Assembly (NCBI GenBank): GCA_029932605.1
Contig: JAOZPT010000002.1
Location: 15,873 to 79,872 of the forward strand
Source of the DNA: Candidatus Zixiibacteriota bacterium
GTDB taxonomy: Bacteria; Zixibacteria; MSB-5A5; UBA10806; 4484-95
DNA: 64,000 nucleotides
Direction of reading: 5' to 3'
Part shown: in pieces, positions 9,817 to 20,115 of the stretch
How the letters are laid out: each line of letters opens with the position of its first letter
How positions within the stretch are numbered: the first letter of the stretch is position 1
The notes under the pieces: model-generated
Databases searched by the model: none
What the model was told of the DNA's origin: nothing
Seen by the model: the letters and a program-made list of their open reading frames with translations, nothing else
Made by a program: the position numbers and the translations under genes

Positions 9817-10566
9817 CTATCTCAAATTGTCTAACATTTTTTCAGCCTTTAATAAATCTTCCTGCGTATCTATCCCCAATGTAAGATGCTTGCAAATGAC
9901 ACAAAAAATGTCATACCCGTTCTCCAGGGCCCTCAATTGTTCTAAACTCTCTACGGTTTCGAGGGGAGTTCTTTTTAAGGAGGCGAATGTTTGTAAAAAC
10001 TTTGGCGTAAAACCATAGATGCCTATATGCCGGTAGATGTTAAAATGAACGGGACTTTCAAGACCTTTTTCATTGACAGACCAAGGAATTCTGCTTCTGG
10101 AAAAATATAAGGCCTTTCCAGCCTTATCCAATACAACCTTGACGATATCGGGGTTATCGACATTGGCCATGTCTGCAAAAGTACTACAGGCCGTACTCAT
10201 AACTGCTTTGGAATTGTCAATAAGACATCCAGCAACTTTGTCGATTACCTCGGGCGAGAGCAGGGGTTCATCTCCCTGGATATTCAGGATTATATCAGCT
10301 TTGAGGTCTTTGGCCACAGCCGCTACTCGCTCACTACCGCAGGTGAAATTCCCCTTGGTGATAGCAATTTTACCGCCATACTTGGTTACTGCTTCGGCTA
10401 TACGCAAATCATCTGTAGCAACAATTACATCATCGATGATGGATGCTTTTTGTGCTTGCCTCATCACCCGGACTATTATAGGAATGTTACCAAGCAACGC
10501 CAACGGCTTACCTGGAAACCGGCGTGAAGCATATCTTGAGGGAATTATTCCAATTACTTTCGGCAC
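9817..10566 (-). CDS. kdsB: 3-deoxy-manno-octulosonate cytidylyltransferase
   Basis: [43 protein letters not shown]. Confidence 0.97.
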   Translation of the reverse strand: MPKVIGIIPSRYASRRFPGKPLALLGNIPIIVRVMRQAQKASIIDDVIVATDDLRIAEAVTKYGGKIAITKGNFTCGSERVAAVAKDLKADIILNIQGDEPLLSPEVIDKVAGCLIDNSKAVMSTACSTFADMANVDNPDIVKVVLDKAGKALYFSRSRIPWSVNEKGLESPVHFNIYRHIGIYGFTPKFLQTFASLKRTPLETVESLEQLRALENGYDIFCVICKHLTLGIDTQEDLLKAEKMLDNLR

Positions 10567-10747
10567 AAGTTATTTTAATAAAAGCCTGATTTCATGTCAA
10601 CAAAAAAGGAATTTTGGCAATCCCTGAATATTTAACTTTATCGAAAGCATGTGCGGTGGAGCATCTTATCGTTTCGAATATTAATGGTTTTTCAGTTTGA
10701 TTGTTCTATAATTTTCGATAAATTGTCATTTACGAGGTGTATTATAA

Positions 10748-11230
10748 GTGAATGAATTTCTTATTGAACCGCTTAAAAATGAACATCACGATTGGCTTGT
10801 TGAGTTTCTTTGCGAACAATGGGGATCGACAATAACAATCAGCCGGGGACATATCCACAATACGGATAAATTGCCGGGCTTTGTGGCTGTTTTAGACGGT
10901 CGATTTGTGGGGTTGATAACATTCAATATATACAAACAGGAATGCGAGATTGTAACATTAAACAGCGTTGTAGAAAAACGTGGTATAGGTACAGCTTTGA
11001 TTAATGAGGTCAAAAGGATGGCCATTTTAAAAGGATGCGGAAGATTATGGCTTGTAACGTCGAATGATAACCTCAGAGCCGTGCAGTTCTACCAAAAGCT
11101 GGGTTTTCGATTAGTTAAGATTTATCGTAATGCGATTGAAAAGTCGCGCCAGCTCAAGCCTGAAATTCCTTTGATAGGAATAGACGGAATACCGATTCGT
11201 GATGAGATCGAACTGGAGTTCATTTTATAA
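10748..11230 (+). CDS. GNAT family N-acetyltransferase
   Basis: KRGIGTAL acetyl-CoA motif, LVTSNDNLRAVQFYQKLGF; SD GAGGTG. Confidence 0.92.
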   Translation: MNEFLIEPLKNEHHDWLVEFLCEQWGSTITISRGHIHNTDKLPGFVAVLDGRFVGLITFNIYKQECEIVTLNSVVEKRGIGTALINEVKRMAILKGCGRLWLVTSNDNLRAVQFYQKLGFRLVKIYRNAIEKSRQLKPEIPLIGIDGIPIRDEIELEFIL

Positions 11231-11645
11231 AAGAGATAATCATTGTTCTACTTAGCCTTATATATTTATTAAGACCGGTGAATTCCCTACTGCCATAATT
11301 GATTAAGGTTTTTTCTTTACAATATAGATTGAGTACTTCACCGTATCAAAACGCATAAAATATACATATTGGCTTTATAATGACTAAAGTAACAAGGCGT
11401 TGGAGCGGAATGAAATGCTTTTGCAAAATGAACAATAAGGCATTACCAGTAGCGTCCCAACGTTTTTCTAAAAAATCGGGAGAACTATAAGAGCCTCAAT
11501 ATAAAGCCAAGAAACATTCCGAATCAACACGTCGGATTTTTTTCGATATAGAAAAACAGAAATGTCTTGTTTCTCTAACAAACGATTTTAAACCGCCTGC
11601 TGTGACGATAGCAAAACTGTATAAGATTCCAAATTCCTGCTTATG

Positions 11646-12482
11646 TCAATACCCCTTACTACCAATGAACACTGCCAATATACCCAGCGGCATTACCGCT
11701 TTCATGAAACCTGCAACAAAGCGATATGTCCTCTTTTCAGGTGAACGAATTAAACAAATAACAAAATACAGCAAAAACAAATCCGTACCAAATATCACCA
11801 CTACCAAATAAACCAAACCATATATTTTTATCAGGTAAGGAACGATGGTAGCGAATACCAGTAATATGGTGAAGCCAACCGCTAAAAACCTCGAAACGGC
11901 AAAACCGTATTTAACAGCTCCTGTTTTAACATTACAATTCCTATCGACGTCGAAATCTTCCATATCCTTGACGATTTCGCGAACCAGATGAAACAAGAAA
12001 GCAAACGCTGCCGGTATCAATCCCCCGCGGATGTTACCAACCGAAGCTGCCCCGTAGAAAAAGGCTGTAGCGGAAATTATCGATATCAATATATTACCGA
12101 CATAGCCACTACCTTTAAAGAAGGGCGTGTACAGAAATAATCCCAAGGATGCCAATGATGCAATTATAAGGCACTGGATGTTTATGAGTGCGGCGAGCAC
12201 CAGGCCACATATCGCCATTATCAAAGCCAGAACGATCGCTGATTTTACCGAGACCAAGGATGAGGGTAATGGCCGAAACGGCTTTGAACGTTTGTCGACC
12301 TCTATATCGAATATGTCATTACAGGTATTGCCGAATCCGGCTATAAAAGCGGCTGAAATACAGGCTAAAAGCAAACTATCTGAATAAAATTTGTCTATGG
12401 ATATGATACCACCAAGATAAACCGATAATAGGGATATTAAAACATTTATCGGCCTGACGATGTACAGAAACGCCCTAATCAA
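11646..12482 (-). CDS. UbiA-family prenyltransferase, DGGGP-synthase-like
   Basis: NDIFDIEVD...RPLPS and REIVKDMEDFDVD Asp-rich motifs; multiple TM helices. Confidence 0.85.
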   Translation of the reverse strand: MIRAFLYIVRPINVLISLLSVYLGGIISIDKFYSDSLLLACISAAFIAGFGNTCNDIFDIEVDKRSKPFRPLPSSLVSVKSAIVLALIMAICGLVLAALINIQCLIIASLASLGLFLYTPFFKGSGYVGNILISIISATAFFYGAASVGNIRGGLIPAAFAFLFHLVREIVKDMEDFDVDRNCNVKTGAVKYGFAVSRFLAVGFTILLVFATIVPYLIKIYGLVYLVVVIFGTDLFLLYFVICLIRSPEKRTYRFVAGFMKAVMPLGILAVFIGSKGY

Positions 12483-14221
12483 AATCCCGCCTTTAACCCG
12501 AAATGAAGTTTAGTTGATGAAATACCTTCATCATGGGGAACTGCGATCTCGATAACCATCGAACCTGTTTTAACAGATGTAGCCAACCCGAATCCATAAC
12601 CGGTTTTAAACTCCGTTGCTTTTGAATTTTTCTGGGCATTGCCGGATGTATAGTAGTTCCCCGGTGTCTGAAAAAAAGCCATATCGGAAAAAATATATGC
12701 CCTGCTGTTCCTTGAGGTCAATAACCTATATTCTACTGTTGCTATTGCTGAACGTGATACATAAAATATATCCTGTTTGTATCCTCTTAAAGAACCAAAA
12801 CCACCTATGGGGAATTGCCTGTCAGGTGAAATGTTTTCCGAGAAATCACCCTGGCCAGAGATACCCACAAATAATATCGATGACCTAAACAGATGCACAT
12901 ATTTTTCAATCTTCAAATTTATACTCCTGTAATTATCACTCCCGGAGGCAAAATAATCATTTCCTTTAATCTTTTCCGACACAAAAACCCCTTCTATGTA
13001 TAAATAATCACCCAAACCTGGATTTGTAGGAAAATCTCTTGTATCAGCAGAAAAATTCACCGAAAACCTGAGTTTCTCTTTTTGAGGCAATAACGATTTA
13101 CCATAAAATTCTGGACTAATCTTTGATACTCCTAACGAAACACCATAGGTGAATATATCAGATGATATTAACGATAGGCCAATAGTACCGCCACTTTCGA
13201 TAAAAATGCTATCACGGTCGTTCTGATAAAACTCAATATCAAAACGAAGGGGTATTCCCATTGGATATGGTTCAGAAAAGCCCACTTTGAGCCAGCGAGA
13301 TTGTTTGTCTTTTTTTGACCAGTCAAACTTTACCATACGCCCTTTGCCGAGGATATTTTTGATAATAGCTGAAAGGCGGCCATAGAATTCATCATCATCA
13401 GAGGAATAACCAACAGCACCATCAATCATCAACGGCGATGCCTCTTTTATTGGGAAAAACACCACACCCTTTTCCGGTGATTTAAAATACCTAACCTGGA
13501 TATCCCCGGTATCTCTTAAAAATTCAGCCAACGATAATCGCCTTTGAGTTAATTTGAGTTTGGCTGTTGAGAACAAAAACGGGGGCTTTAAACCCGAATA
13601 TGTCTCCAAGAATCTATAACCAAGGTTTTTCCTTCCCGGAAAATCGATTTTTTCAACGGTCATCTCTGGCCCCGGTTGAATATTCAAAGTAAATTCCAAC
13701 AATTTTAACTTACTACGATTCCTTGAGTTGATGGTTTTTACTCCAGAAACTTTTACCTCGCAATATGGGTAACCATTATCAGCGTAAATCTCGATTATTT
13801 CGTTGGCCAAATCATCAATGTTTGAAGTGATGGCTGGCTTTCGCTCGAATCGTTCAAGCACAGAATATATCTCATCTGAAAATAACTTCCGCCCACCTGT
13901 TTCATTAATATTAATTGATAAAAAATATCTATCCTTTTTATCCACGTTAAAGATTATCTCAACCCCATCCCCTTTTTCCCGGACATCAATGTCAACCTGG
14001 CAATCAAACCATCCGTGATTTTGAAAATATGATATTATTTTAAGGGAGTCCGAGGAAAGGCTATCAGGTTTAAATTCTCTTTTGGGCCTATTGAATAGAT
14101 GAATCTTTGAAGATAGTTTATCGCCTTTGAATGAAATCTTCTTAATGATATCACCTGCTTGAATAGTTGAAGCCAGAAAGCTGACACAAACAGCGACTAG
14201 AATTACATTTTTCTTTATCAA
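12479..14221 (-). CDS. Omp85 (BamA/TamA-family) outer membrane protein
   Basis: POTRA-like repeats (YFQNHGWFD, YADNGYPY), GGFGSLRGY loop motif, terminal Phe. Confidence 0.85.
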   Translation of the reverse strand: MIKKNVILVAVCVSFLASTIQAGDIIKKISFKGDKLSSKIHLFNRPKREFKPDSLSSDSLKIISYFQNHGWFDCQVDIDVREKGDGVEIIFNVDKKDRYFLSININETGGRKLFSDEIYSVLERFERKPAITSNIDDLANEIIEIYADNGYPYCEVKVSGVKTINSRNRSKLKLLEFTLNIQPGPEMTVEKIDFPGRKNLGYRFLETYSGLKPPFLFSTAKLKLTQRRLSLAEFLRDTGDIQVRYFKSPEKGVVFFPIKEASPLMIDGAVGYSSDDDEFYGRLSAIIKNILGKGRMVKFDWSKKDKQSRWLKVGFSEPYPMGIPLRFDIEFYQNDRDSIFIESGGTIGLSLISSDIFTYGVSLGVSKISPEFYGKSLLPQKEKLRFSVNFSADTRDFPTNPGLGDYLYIEGVFVSEKIKGNDYFASGSDNYRSINLKIEKYVHLFRSSILFVGISGQGDFSENISPDRQFPIGGFGSLRGYKQDIFYVSRSAIATVEYRLLTSRNSRAYIFSDMAFFQTPGNYYTSGNAQKNSKATEFKTGYGFGLATSVKTGSMVIEIAVPHDEGISSTKLHFGLKAGF

Positions 14222-17200
14222 AACTCCGCTTTTACCTCCAACCTTAGATTGCTATTCGAGTAGCCATCGCCAAGTTTCTTATAAACATATCGAACTTCAA
14301 GCCGGCTGTATGAGTTCAACCGGAAGCGTGCGGAAAACATGCCATTAAAATTATCGCCTGATTTCTTACTGCCAGCTATTACATAAGGCAGAAAAATATC
14401 CTGTTGGTCTACATCAACATAAGAATAATTACCCTCAGCTTCGAGCCGGCCAGTTTTTCTGAAATTAAACATGGCATTCAAACCAGCCGAATAAACCAGC
14501 ACCTGTAACTCACGGATTTTTTCATCTGTTTTAGAAAAATTTAAAAGTGCCGCAATACGCAATCCTGAGGAGGGATGGTATTCCGGCGCAAACCCGATTC
14601 TCAACTTGTTAAAATCGACTTTACCGGAGTAAAGCCACCTTTTCTCCGACGATACCTCCGTCGAAATAAAATAACTCGTTCGCCCACCGGAAAGAAGCTT
14701 CAAATCAACGATATTTGACAACGCCTGGTCATCCAGATTTTCAAACTGGAAATCTGTACCCTGACCTCGGGAAACATTTAAAGTATGCCGAAAATAGTCA
14801 CCTGTTTTATTTATCCTGAATGTCGTCCGCTGGCGAAAGTCGAAATTCTTGAGGATGAACTCATCAAAATCGCTAAGACCAAATAAATGTTTTGCCTTTA
14901 AATTTATTCCACCAGCTAAATTCGTCTTATACGACAAATCCACTTCATAATTAATATTGTTTACAATTACTGACCAGGGAGCTTCAGAATTCTCGCTTAT
15001 ACCTTTACCGTCAAAACGGGCTCTTGCCCCACCAGTAATTTCGTAGTTTAATAGCCCACCAGTCGATGGCTCATATTCACCAATTTGTCTTATTATCTCG
15101 ATGTAGTCCCCACCGGGTTCAGGCACATAATCATCACCATCCTTGCGATAATCACCTTTGCCATCTCCTACATAAATGTATTCACGCACTCTCGTAACAG
15201 GAGTGGAACCGTTGACACTCTCGTAAAAAGTGAATCCGAAATTAGAGGAATTGTATTTTATTTTCATATCCCCCATATTCCTTGAAAAATACTCTCTCTG
15301 AGGGAAAAACCTTTTTTGATAAAACCAAACCAGATTAACCTCCCCGGAAAATCCCGATTTAGTTTTACCGTATACGAGGTTTTGTTCAATCTGATACTGG
15401 TCATAGTGGTTACGCCATCCACCGTTGCCAAGACCGCCATTCTGGAAATATTTCTGTTGACGATAGAGAAACCTTGTTAAAGAATTTAAACAAGCAAGCG
15501 ATTTAAACTCAAGGCTACCCTCATAATCATCAGATATGAAACCATCGCTATCGGAGTAAAGACCACTGTTTATCTCATGCCTGTAAGTTATACCGGGTTG
15601 AAATATTCCCGTAATAAATTTGCTACATGCCTCGTATTTATTCCAGGCTGAAAGTCTACCCGTATCGTTGCTTTCCGATTCAGAAACCTCCATATTCGAT
15701 GATAATGCAAGCATGTCGAAAGTAATCAGGTTGACCTTACCGAAAATACGCCTAGCCTTAAAATCATCACCTTCTAAAAATCCACCACCTGCATTTAGGA
15801 AGTCACCTGAAATCGTTGAGGCTGTTGACTGAATCTCGAAAAGGCGTTCCCCGACGAGCGAACGGTTTTGCTGGATGTTATAGTTGCGGAAGAATTCAGG
15901 GGGGTCTATTATGCCCGGGATGGAAAAATTCTTATCAAGGCCTCGGAATTTAAAATCGAAGATATCCGCTTTCCAGGTTTTTCCAGCAAAACGCAGGTTC
16001 TTAACTCTCCAGCCACCAGATCCTAACAAACCTATTCCTGTAAGCAATTCATCCCTGGCGGAGAGGCTGTTACGGTCATAACGAGATACCGCCAATTCTC
16101 CACCAAAATGAATGTCACCTGGCTTATTGAACATAAGTGATCCATAATTCCGTGATTCAGGAAGAGGATAGTAAATGACTGGAAGGTATGAACCGTTACC
16201 GGTACCAACATATATATATCGCCCCGTTCCGCCATACTGGTAATCGCCATGACCTTGAGCAACACGGCTGAAAGTCACCTCATATTCACCCTCGCCATCA
16301 CCAACATAAACATAGTAACTGTTTCCAAGTGTATCCGTCTCGAGGAGGTAGTCGCCACCGCCTTGCCCGATATACTTTACACCGGAAATGTAAGCCGAAT
16401 CCCCGGTTGCTCCAGCCTGACTTATAGCCATTTTTTGCTCATCGCCCATATCAAAGCTCCTGGGCCTTGATTTATCATCAGACTCATTAATAAACTGTAA
16501 GCCGACATTATATTTTCCTTCATAAAAAGCGGTGCCGTAATAGAAACTTCTACGGTAACCCTCAGGAGCATATTGTATCTCTACCGTTATGCGGCTTCGT
16601 GAGCTTATGACATTCCTTGGAGTAAATTCGATGTAACCTTCGTAATAATCGATTTTATAATCGTTTTCACCACCACGTTTTAATCTTTTCCCATCAAGGT
16701 AAACCTTTTCTGTGCCCGGTAAAAAGACACTGGCAACGGAAATGTCTCCGATTGCTGCAGGTCCGAGGTCGTGCAAAAAATACGGGCCCTGTTTACCGTC
16801 AACACCATAAAAAAACAGTTCTACTTGCTTGCCAGGGGAAAACGCTACTGCTGATGAGCCATTCAAATTGCCTATATTTCCGTAAAAGTTTAACCCCGTC
16901 AACTTTCGGTGAAAATCGAGAAGAGATCTCTTTATCCCATTTATTTCAATATCACCAAAATCACTCCGGAAACCACCAGTCTCCAGACTTAAAAAGACCC
17001 GGTCAAGTTCGTCCAGTGACCTTGTCCCGCCGCCTGGAGACGTTGTGAAATTGCGGTCGGAAATGCTACCATTGACACTAACGTTCCTTGCCAATATACC
17101 AGAGATATTGAGGTCAAGGCTTTGCGACATCGATGGTTCACCGCGGTTACCTATATTTACCACGAACCCCTTACTACCAATTATTTCAAGCTGGTCCGAC

Positions 17201-17565
17201 CATCTCGACGACTTGGATATCATTTCATTTTCAAATGTATCAACCTCCGATACAGCTACAGGTTTTATCAATGAGTAGCCTGATTTTATGCTGATTGGGA
17301 GAATTGAGAAAGTGACTTTCACCGTATCATTACGTGACAATGTATCTGCAAACATTACCAAACCGTTATCATAATCCATACGGTAATCGACATCGTAAAG
17401 AAGGATTTTCCCCCGATGTTCGATTTTTTCCGAGTTGACAATTATATGTTTATAACCGAGTTGGTAAGGACCGGTAGATTCCATTCCGGTCAATTCAAGC
17501 TGGATATCACAGCCGGCTTCGATTATCCCAGCCATTATAATTACCAGGATTATAGCCTGCCGCAT
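14218..17565 (-). CDS. Large putative outer membrane beta-barrel protein with SprA-like motifs
   Basis: Signal peptide; two 'EKI/V...DY.(M/I)DY..G.(V/I).F' repeats; alternating beta-strand C-terminus ending EVKAEF. Confidence 0.7.
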   Translation of the reverse strand: MRQAIILVIIMAGIIEAGCDIQLELTGMESTGPYQLGYKHIIVNSEKIEHRGKILLYDVDYRMDYDNGLVMFADTLSRNDTVKVTFSILPISIKSGYSLIKPVAVSEVDTFENEMISKSSRWSDQLEIIGSKGFVVNIGNRGEPSMSQSLDLNISGILARNVSVNGSISDRNFTTSPGGGTRSLDELDRVFLSLETGGFRSDFGDIEINGIKRSLLDFHRKLTGLNFYGNIGNLNGSSAVAFSPGKQVELFFYGVDGKQGPYFLHDLGPAAIGDISVASVFLPGTEKVYLDGKRLKRGGENDYKIDYYEGYIEFTPRNVISSRSRITVEIQYAPEGYRRSFYYGTAFYEGKYNVGLQFINESDDKSRPRSFDMGDEQKMAISQAGATGDSAYISGVKYIGQGGGDYLLETDTLGNSYYVYVGDGEGEYEVTFSRVAQGHGDYQYGGTGRYIYVGTGNGSYLPVIYYPLPESRNYGSLMFNKPGDIHFGGELAVSRYDRNSLSARDELLTGIGLLGSGGWRVKNLRFAGKTWKADIFDFKFRGLDKNFSIPGIIDPPEFFRNYNIQQNRSLVGERLFEIQSTASTISGDFLNAGGGFLEGDDFKARRIFGKVNLITFDMLALSSNMEVSESESNDTGRLSAWNKYEACSKFITGIFQPGITYRHEINSGLYSDSDGFISDDYEGSLEFKSLACLNSLTRFLYRQQKYFQNGGLGNGGWRNHYDQYQIEQNLVYGKTKSGFSGEVNLVWFYQKRFFPQREYFSRNMGDMKIKYNSSNFGFTFYESVNGSTPVTRVREYIYVGDGKGDYRKDGDDYVPEPGGDYIEIIRQIGEYEPSTGGLLNYEITGGARARFDGKGISENSEAPWSVIVNNINYEVDLSYKTNLAGGINLKAKHLFGLSDFDEFILKNFDFRQRTTFRINKTGDYFRHTLNVSRGQGTDFQFENLDDQALSNIVDLKLLSGGRTSYFISTEVSSEKRWLYSGKVDFNKLRIGFAPEYHPSSGLRIAALLNFSKTDEKIRELQVLVYSAGLNAMFNFRKTGRLEAEGNYSYVDVDQQDIFLPYVIAGSKKSGDNFNGMFSARFRLNSYSRLEVRYVYKKLGDGYSNSNLRLEVKAEF

Positions 17566-17570
17566 AGATA

Positions 17571-18509
17571 TTATTTCCTGAGCACAGGTTTGATGATAAG
17601 TATCTGGTTGGTAGATGAATCAACTACATATATATTATCATCATCATCGATAAACAAACCTGCGGGTTTTTCAAGATAATACGTTTCCTGCCCACCCCAT
17701 CGGAAAGCCTCTTTGCCGATAAAATTGAAACAATGCAACAAACCTGTTCCCGTATCGGTAACCCAGATGCCGGTTCGTTGAGATACTGCCACAGCGGATG
17801 GCCTTTCTAACACCTGTTCACCGATTGTATGCAAAAACATACCGAAGTCATCATAAACCATAATCCTTCCATACTCGGAATCAGCCACATAGATCCTGCC
17901 ATCTTCGCCACACTCTATATCAGATGGATAACCTATTTCCTGTGGGGTACCACGGCAACCAAACTCATAAATATATACAAAAAATGGGTCAAACTTGAAA
18001 CATGCCCCTAATCCTTCATCACCAATATAAATATCACCTCTGTCGGTTACATCAATAGCTGAAGGACGAGTGAAATTATACTGTTGCCCTTTTATAAAAC
18101 CCCTTTCATCGGAGATGAAATTCAGCCTGCGGTCAAAACGTAAAACACGGGCATTGCCGGAGTCAATCAGATAAAGGTTGGAGACATTGTCAACAGCTAT
18201 CGACAAAGGGCCATTTAGCGAGTAATCAGAGATTCCAAACCCCCCAAGCTCGGTCTTAAATGTAAAGGTCGAGTCGAGTTTAACTATCCGGTCATTGCCG
18301 TAATCGGCGATAAATATCTCTTTGACTCTATTCACCGCTATATCTCGAGGAGAGAAAAGAGGTCTGTTTGAGCCTATAGTCGGACCTATAATATCAATGA
18401 CCTGAACATTAAGTATGGATAGAGTATCAAAAGACAATGCAGGTTTTTCTGGTGTACAACTAATAAAATAGATAAAGACAATAAATACGTTTAATAAAAA
18501 CTTTCTCAT
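17571..18509 (-). CDS. NHL-repeat beta-propeller lipoprotein
   Basis: Lipobox FISC; six P..IAVD..G.IYVAD..N.RI-type repeats. Confidence 0.9.
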   Translation of the reverse strand: MRKFLLNVFIVFIYFISCTPEKPALSFDTLSILNVQVIDIIGPTIGSNRPLFSPRDIAVNRVKEIFIADYGNDRIVKLDSTFTFKTELGGFGISDYSLNGPLSIAVDNVSNLYLIDSGNARVLRFDRRLNFISDERGFIKGQQYNFTRPSAIDVTDRGDIYIGDEGLGACFKFDPFFVYIYEFGCRGTPQEIGYPSDIECGEDGRIYVADSEYGRIMVYDDFGMFLHTIGEQVLERPSAVAVSQRTGIWVTDTGTGLLHCFNFIGKEAFRWGGQETYYLEKPAGLFIDDDDNIYVVDSSTNQILIIKPVLRK

Positions 18510-19288
18510 TAATTAAAATGTTTGGTTAAACCTATTATAACGGATGGATTTTCGAAATCCGGGTTAAATGAATAATACATTTTAAAACCAGAAAGTGAGA
18601 ATTCCTGCCGACGGTTATATTTACCGGCGCCCCAGTATGCCTGCACCGCCGAGATTACATGATTGGCAATCAATATACCGATCGTTATATCAGCACGATC
18701 ATAGGCGGTTTTACTCTGGTTACGCAGGTTGCGATATTTTTGACGGTCAGCTTTGTTATCCCAGTTCCAGTAATACTCCGGCGTTTCGGGGAAAAGTATT
18801 GCATTTTCTCGCTCGACCACTGAAGCCATCTGGTTATATCCGAATTCCCCGTATCCCTCATTTCTATCACGATTGTCATAATATGTCATCTTCACCCAGT
18901 AGCGATCATCGTTGTTGTTAGGACAAGCGCCAGCTTTTAGAACAGCCCAGCCTTTGGCGGCCTCTTTTTTAAAAGAACCGTATTTGCGAAATCCAAAATA
19001 TGAAATCCAGGTTCCAGCTTCGATACCCAAAAATAATTTAGTTTTAACACCATCGCCTATATAGTATTGCCCAGCACCGGGCAAAATCAGTGAATACAGA
19101 GCTGCTATTGTTCGGGATTTGTACTTTATATCCTCAGATCTACCCACCTGGGGGATATTAAAATCCTCATCACCGTTAAATTCGGTCAGGGCCATCTGTG
19201 TTTGCATCAACTGCTCAATAGTATCCTGAGCCCAAATGGGTTGGCATATGGCAGTCCAAATCAAAAGTAATAAAATTGTCTTTTTCAT
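18509..19288 (-). CDS. Hypothetical exported/membrane protein (DUF5683-like)
   Basis: Signal peptide; ALYSLILPGAGQYY motif; paralog of the adjacent gene. Confidence 0.7.
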   Translation of the reverse strand: MKKTILLLLIWTAICQPIWAQDTIEQLMQTQMALTEFNGDEDFNIPQVGRSEDIKYKSRTIAALYSLILPGAGQYYIGDGVKTKLFLGIEAGTWISYFGFRKYGSFKKEAAKGWAVLKAGACPNNNDDRYWVKMTYYDNRDRNEGYGEFGYNQMASVVERENAILFPETPEYYWNWDNKADRQKYRNLRNQSKTAYDRADITIGILIANHVISAVQAYWGAGKYNRRQEFSLSGFKMYYSFNPDFENPSVIIGLTKHFN

Positions 19289-19289
19289 G

Positions 19290-20105
19290 TCAAAATCTAT
19301 AAGTGCAGGTTAAAATCGGCACCTGACCATTGCCGAAATCCCTTGCCTTAAGTTTAATCACATATCGTTTCTGGCCTTTATTGTAATTTTTAGCGGTCAG
19401 AGCGGCATCAAAAGCCGAGATTATCCGGTTACCTAAAGAAAGCATTATTGCGGTACTAGCGTTCTGATAATAATCGTTCGACTTCTTCCTTAATGTAAGA
19501 TAATAGTCCCTATGTGGCGATAGTATTCCCCCCTCGTCGGGATATGTATTAATGTCATCCCAGCCATACTGGAACTGGTTGTACTTGCCTATATTCTCGT
19601 AATATTCATGGTTTCTTATCGGGCTGTTGTTGTAGTCATCCCAGGGCAAACGGTGAGAAAAGGAATCCTGTTTAGCAGGGTTAAGACTGTTCCACCAAGA
19701 CATGTAATCATAAGGTGAATAGTGGTCATCGGCATATGCCTTATACTCTTTCTTTTTGTCATCGCCTTTGTTATGGTAAACGAAATAACCCGTCCACAAC
19801 AAAGCCTCAATACCCAGGAACACGGCCGGTTTAATCCTTGATCCAGCATAAAATTCACCGGTTCCGGGAATTAACATAGAATAAAGAAAGGCGCGCTTGG
19901 TAGATTTCGTCTCAAACTCATAAATATCGCCGGTAAGGGGAATTTCCTCAGAGCCGCCAACCGATTTTTCAGCGGCAAAGAAATTATTAGCCACCATTTC
20001 ATTAGCTGAAAAATATCCTTCGATAGAAACAGGCTCTTTTAATTGACCGGTCCAACCTATGGACGAAAGGGATATAATCAATATAGGCAACAGTATCCTG
20101 CGCAT
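19290..20105 (-). CDS. Hypothetical exported/membrane protein (DUF5683-like)
   Basis: Signal peptide; AFLYSMLIPGTGEFY motif; terminal YRF. Confidence 0.7.
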   Translation of the reverse strand: MRRILLPILIISLSSIGWTGQLKEPVSIEGYFSANEMVANNFFAAEKSVGGSEEIPLTGDIYEFETKSTKRAFLYSMLIPGTGEFYAGSRIKPAVFLGIEALLWTGYFVYHNKGDDKKKEYKAYADDHYSPYDYMSWWNSLNPAKQDSFSHRLPWDDYNNSPIRNHEYYENIGKYNQFQYGWDDINTYPDEGGILSPHRDYYLTLRKKSNDYYQNASTAIMLSLGNRIISAFDAALTAKNYNKGQKRYVIKLKARDFGNGQVPILTCTYRF

Positions 20106-20115
20106 AAAACCTCCT

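Noticed and set aside
10073..10627. 184 aa plus-strand ORF
   Set aside because: Antisense to kdsB; typical shadow ORF
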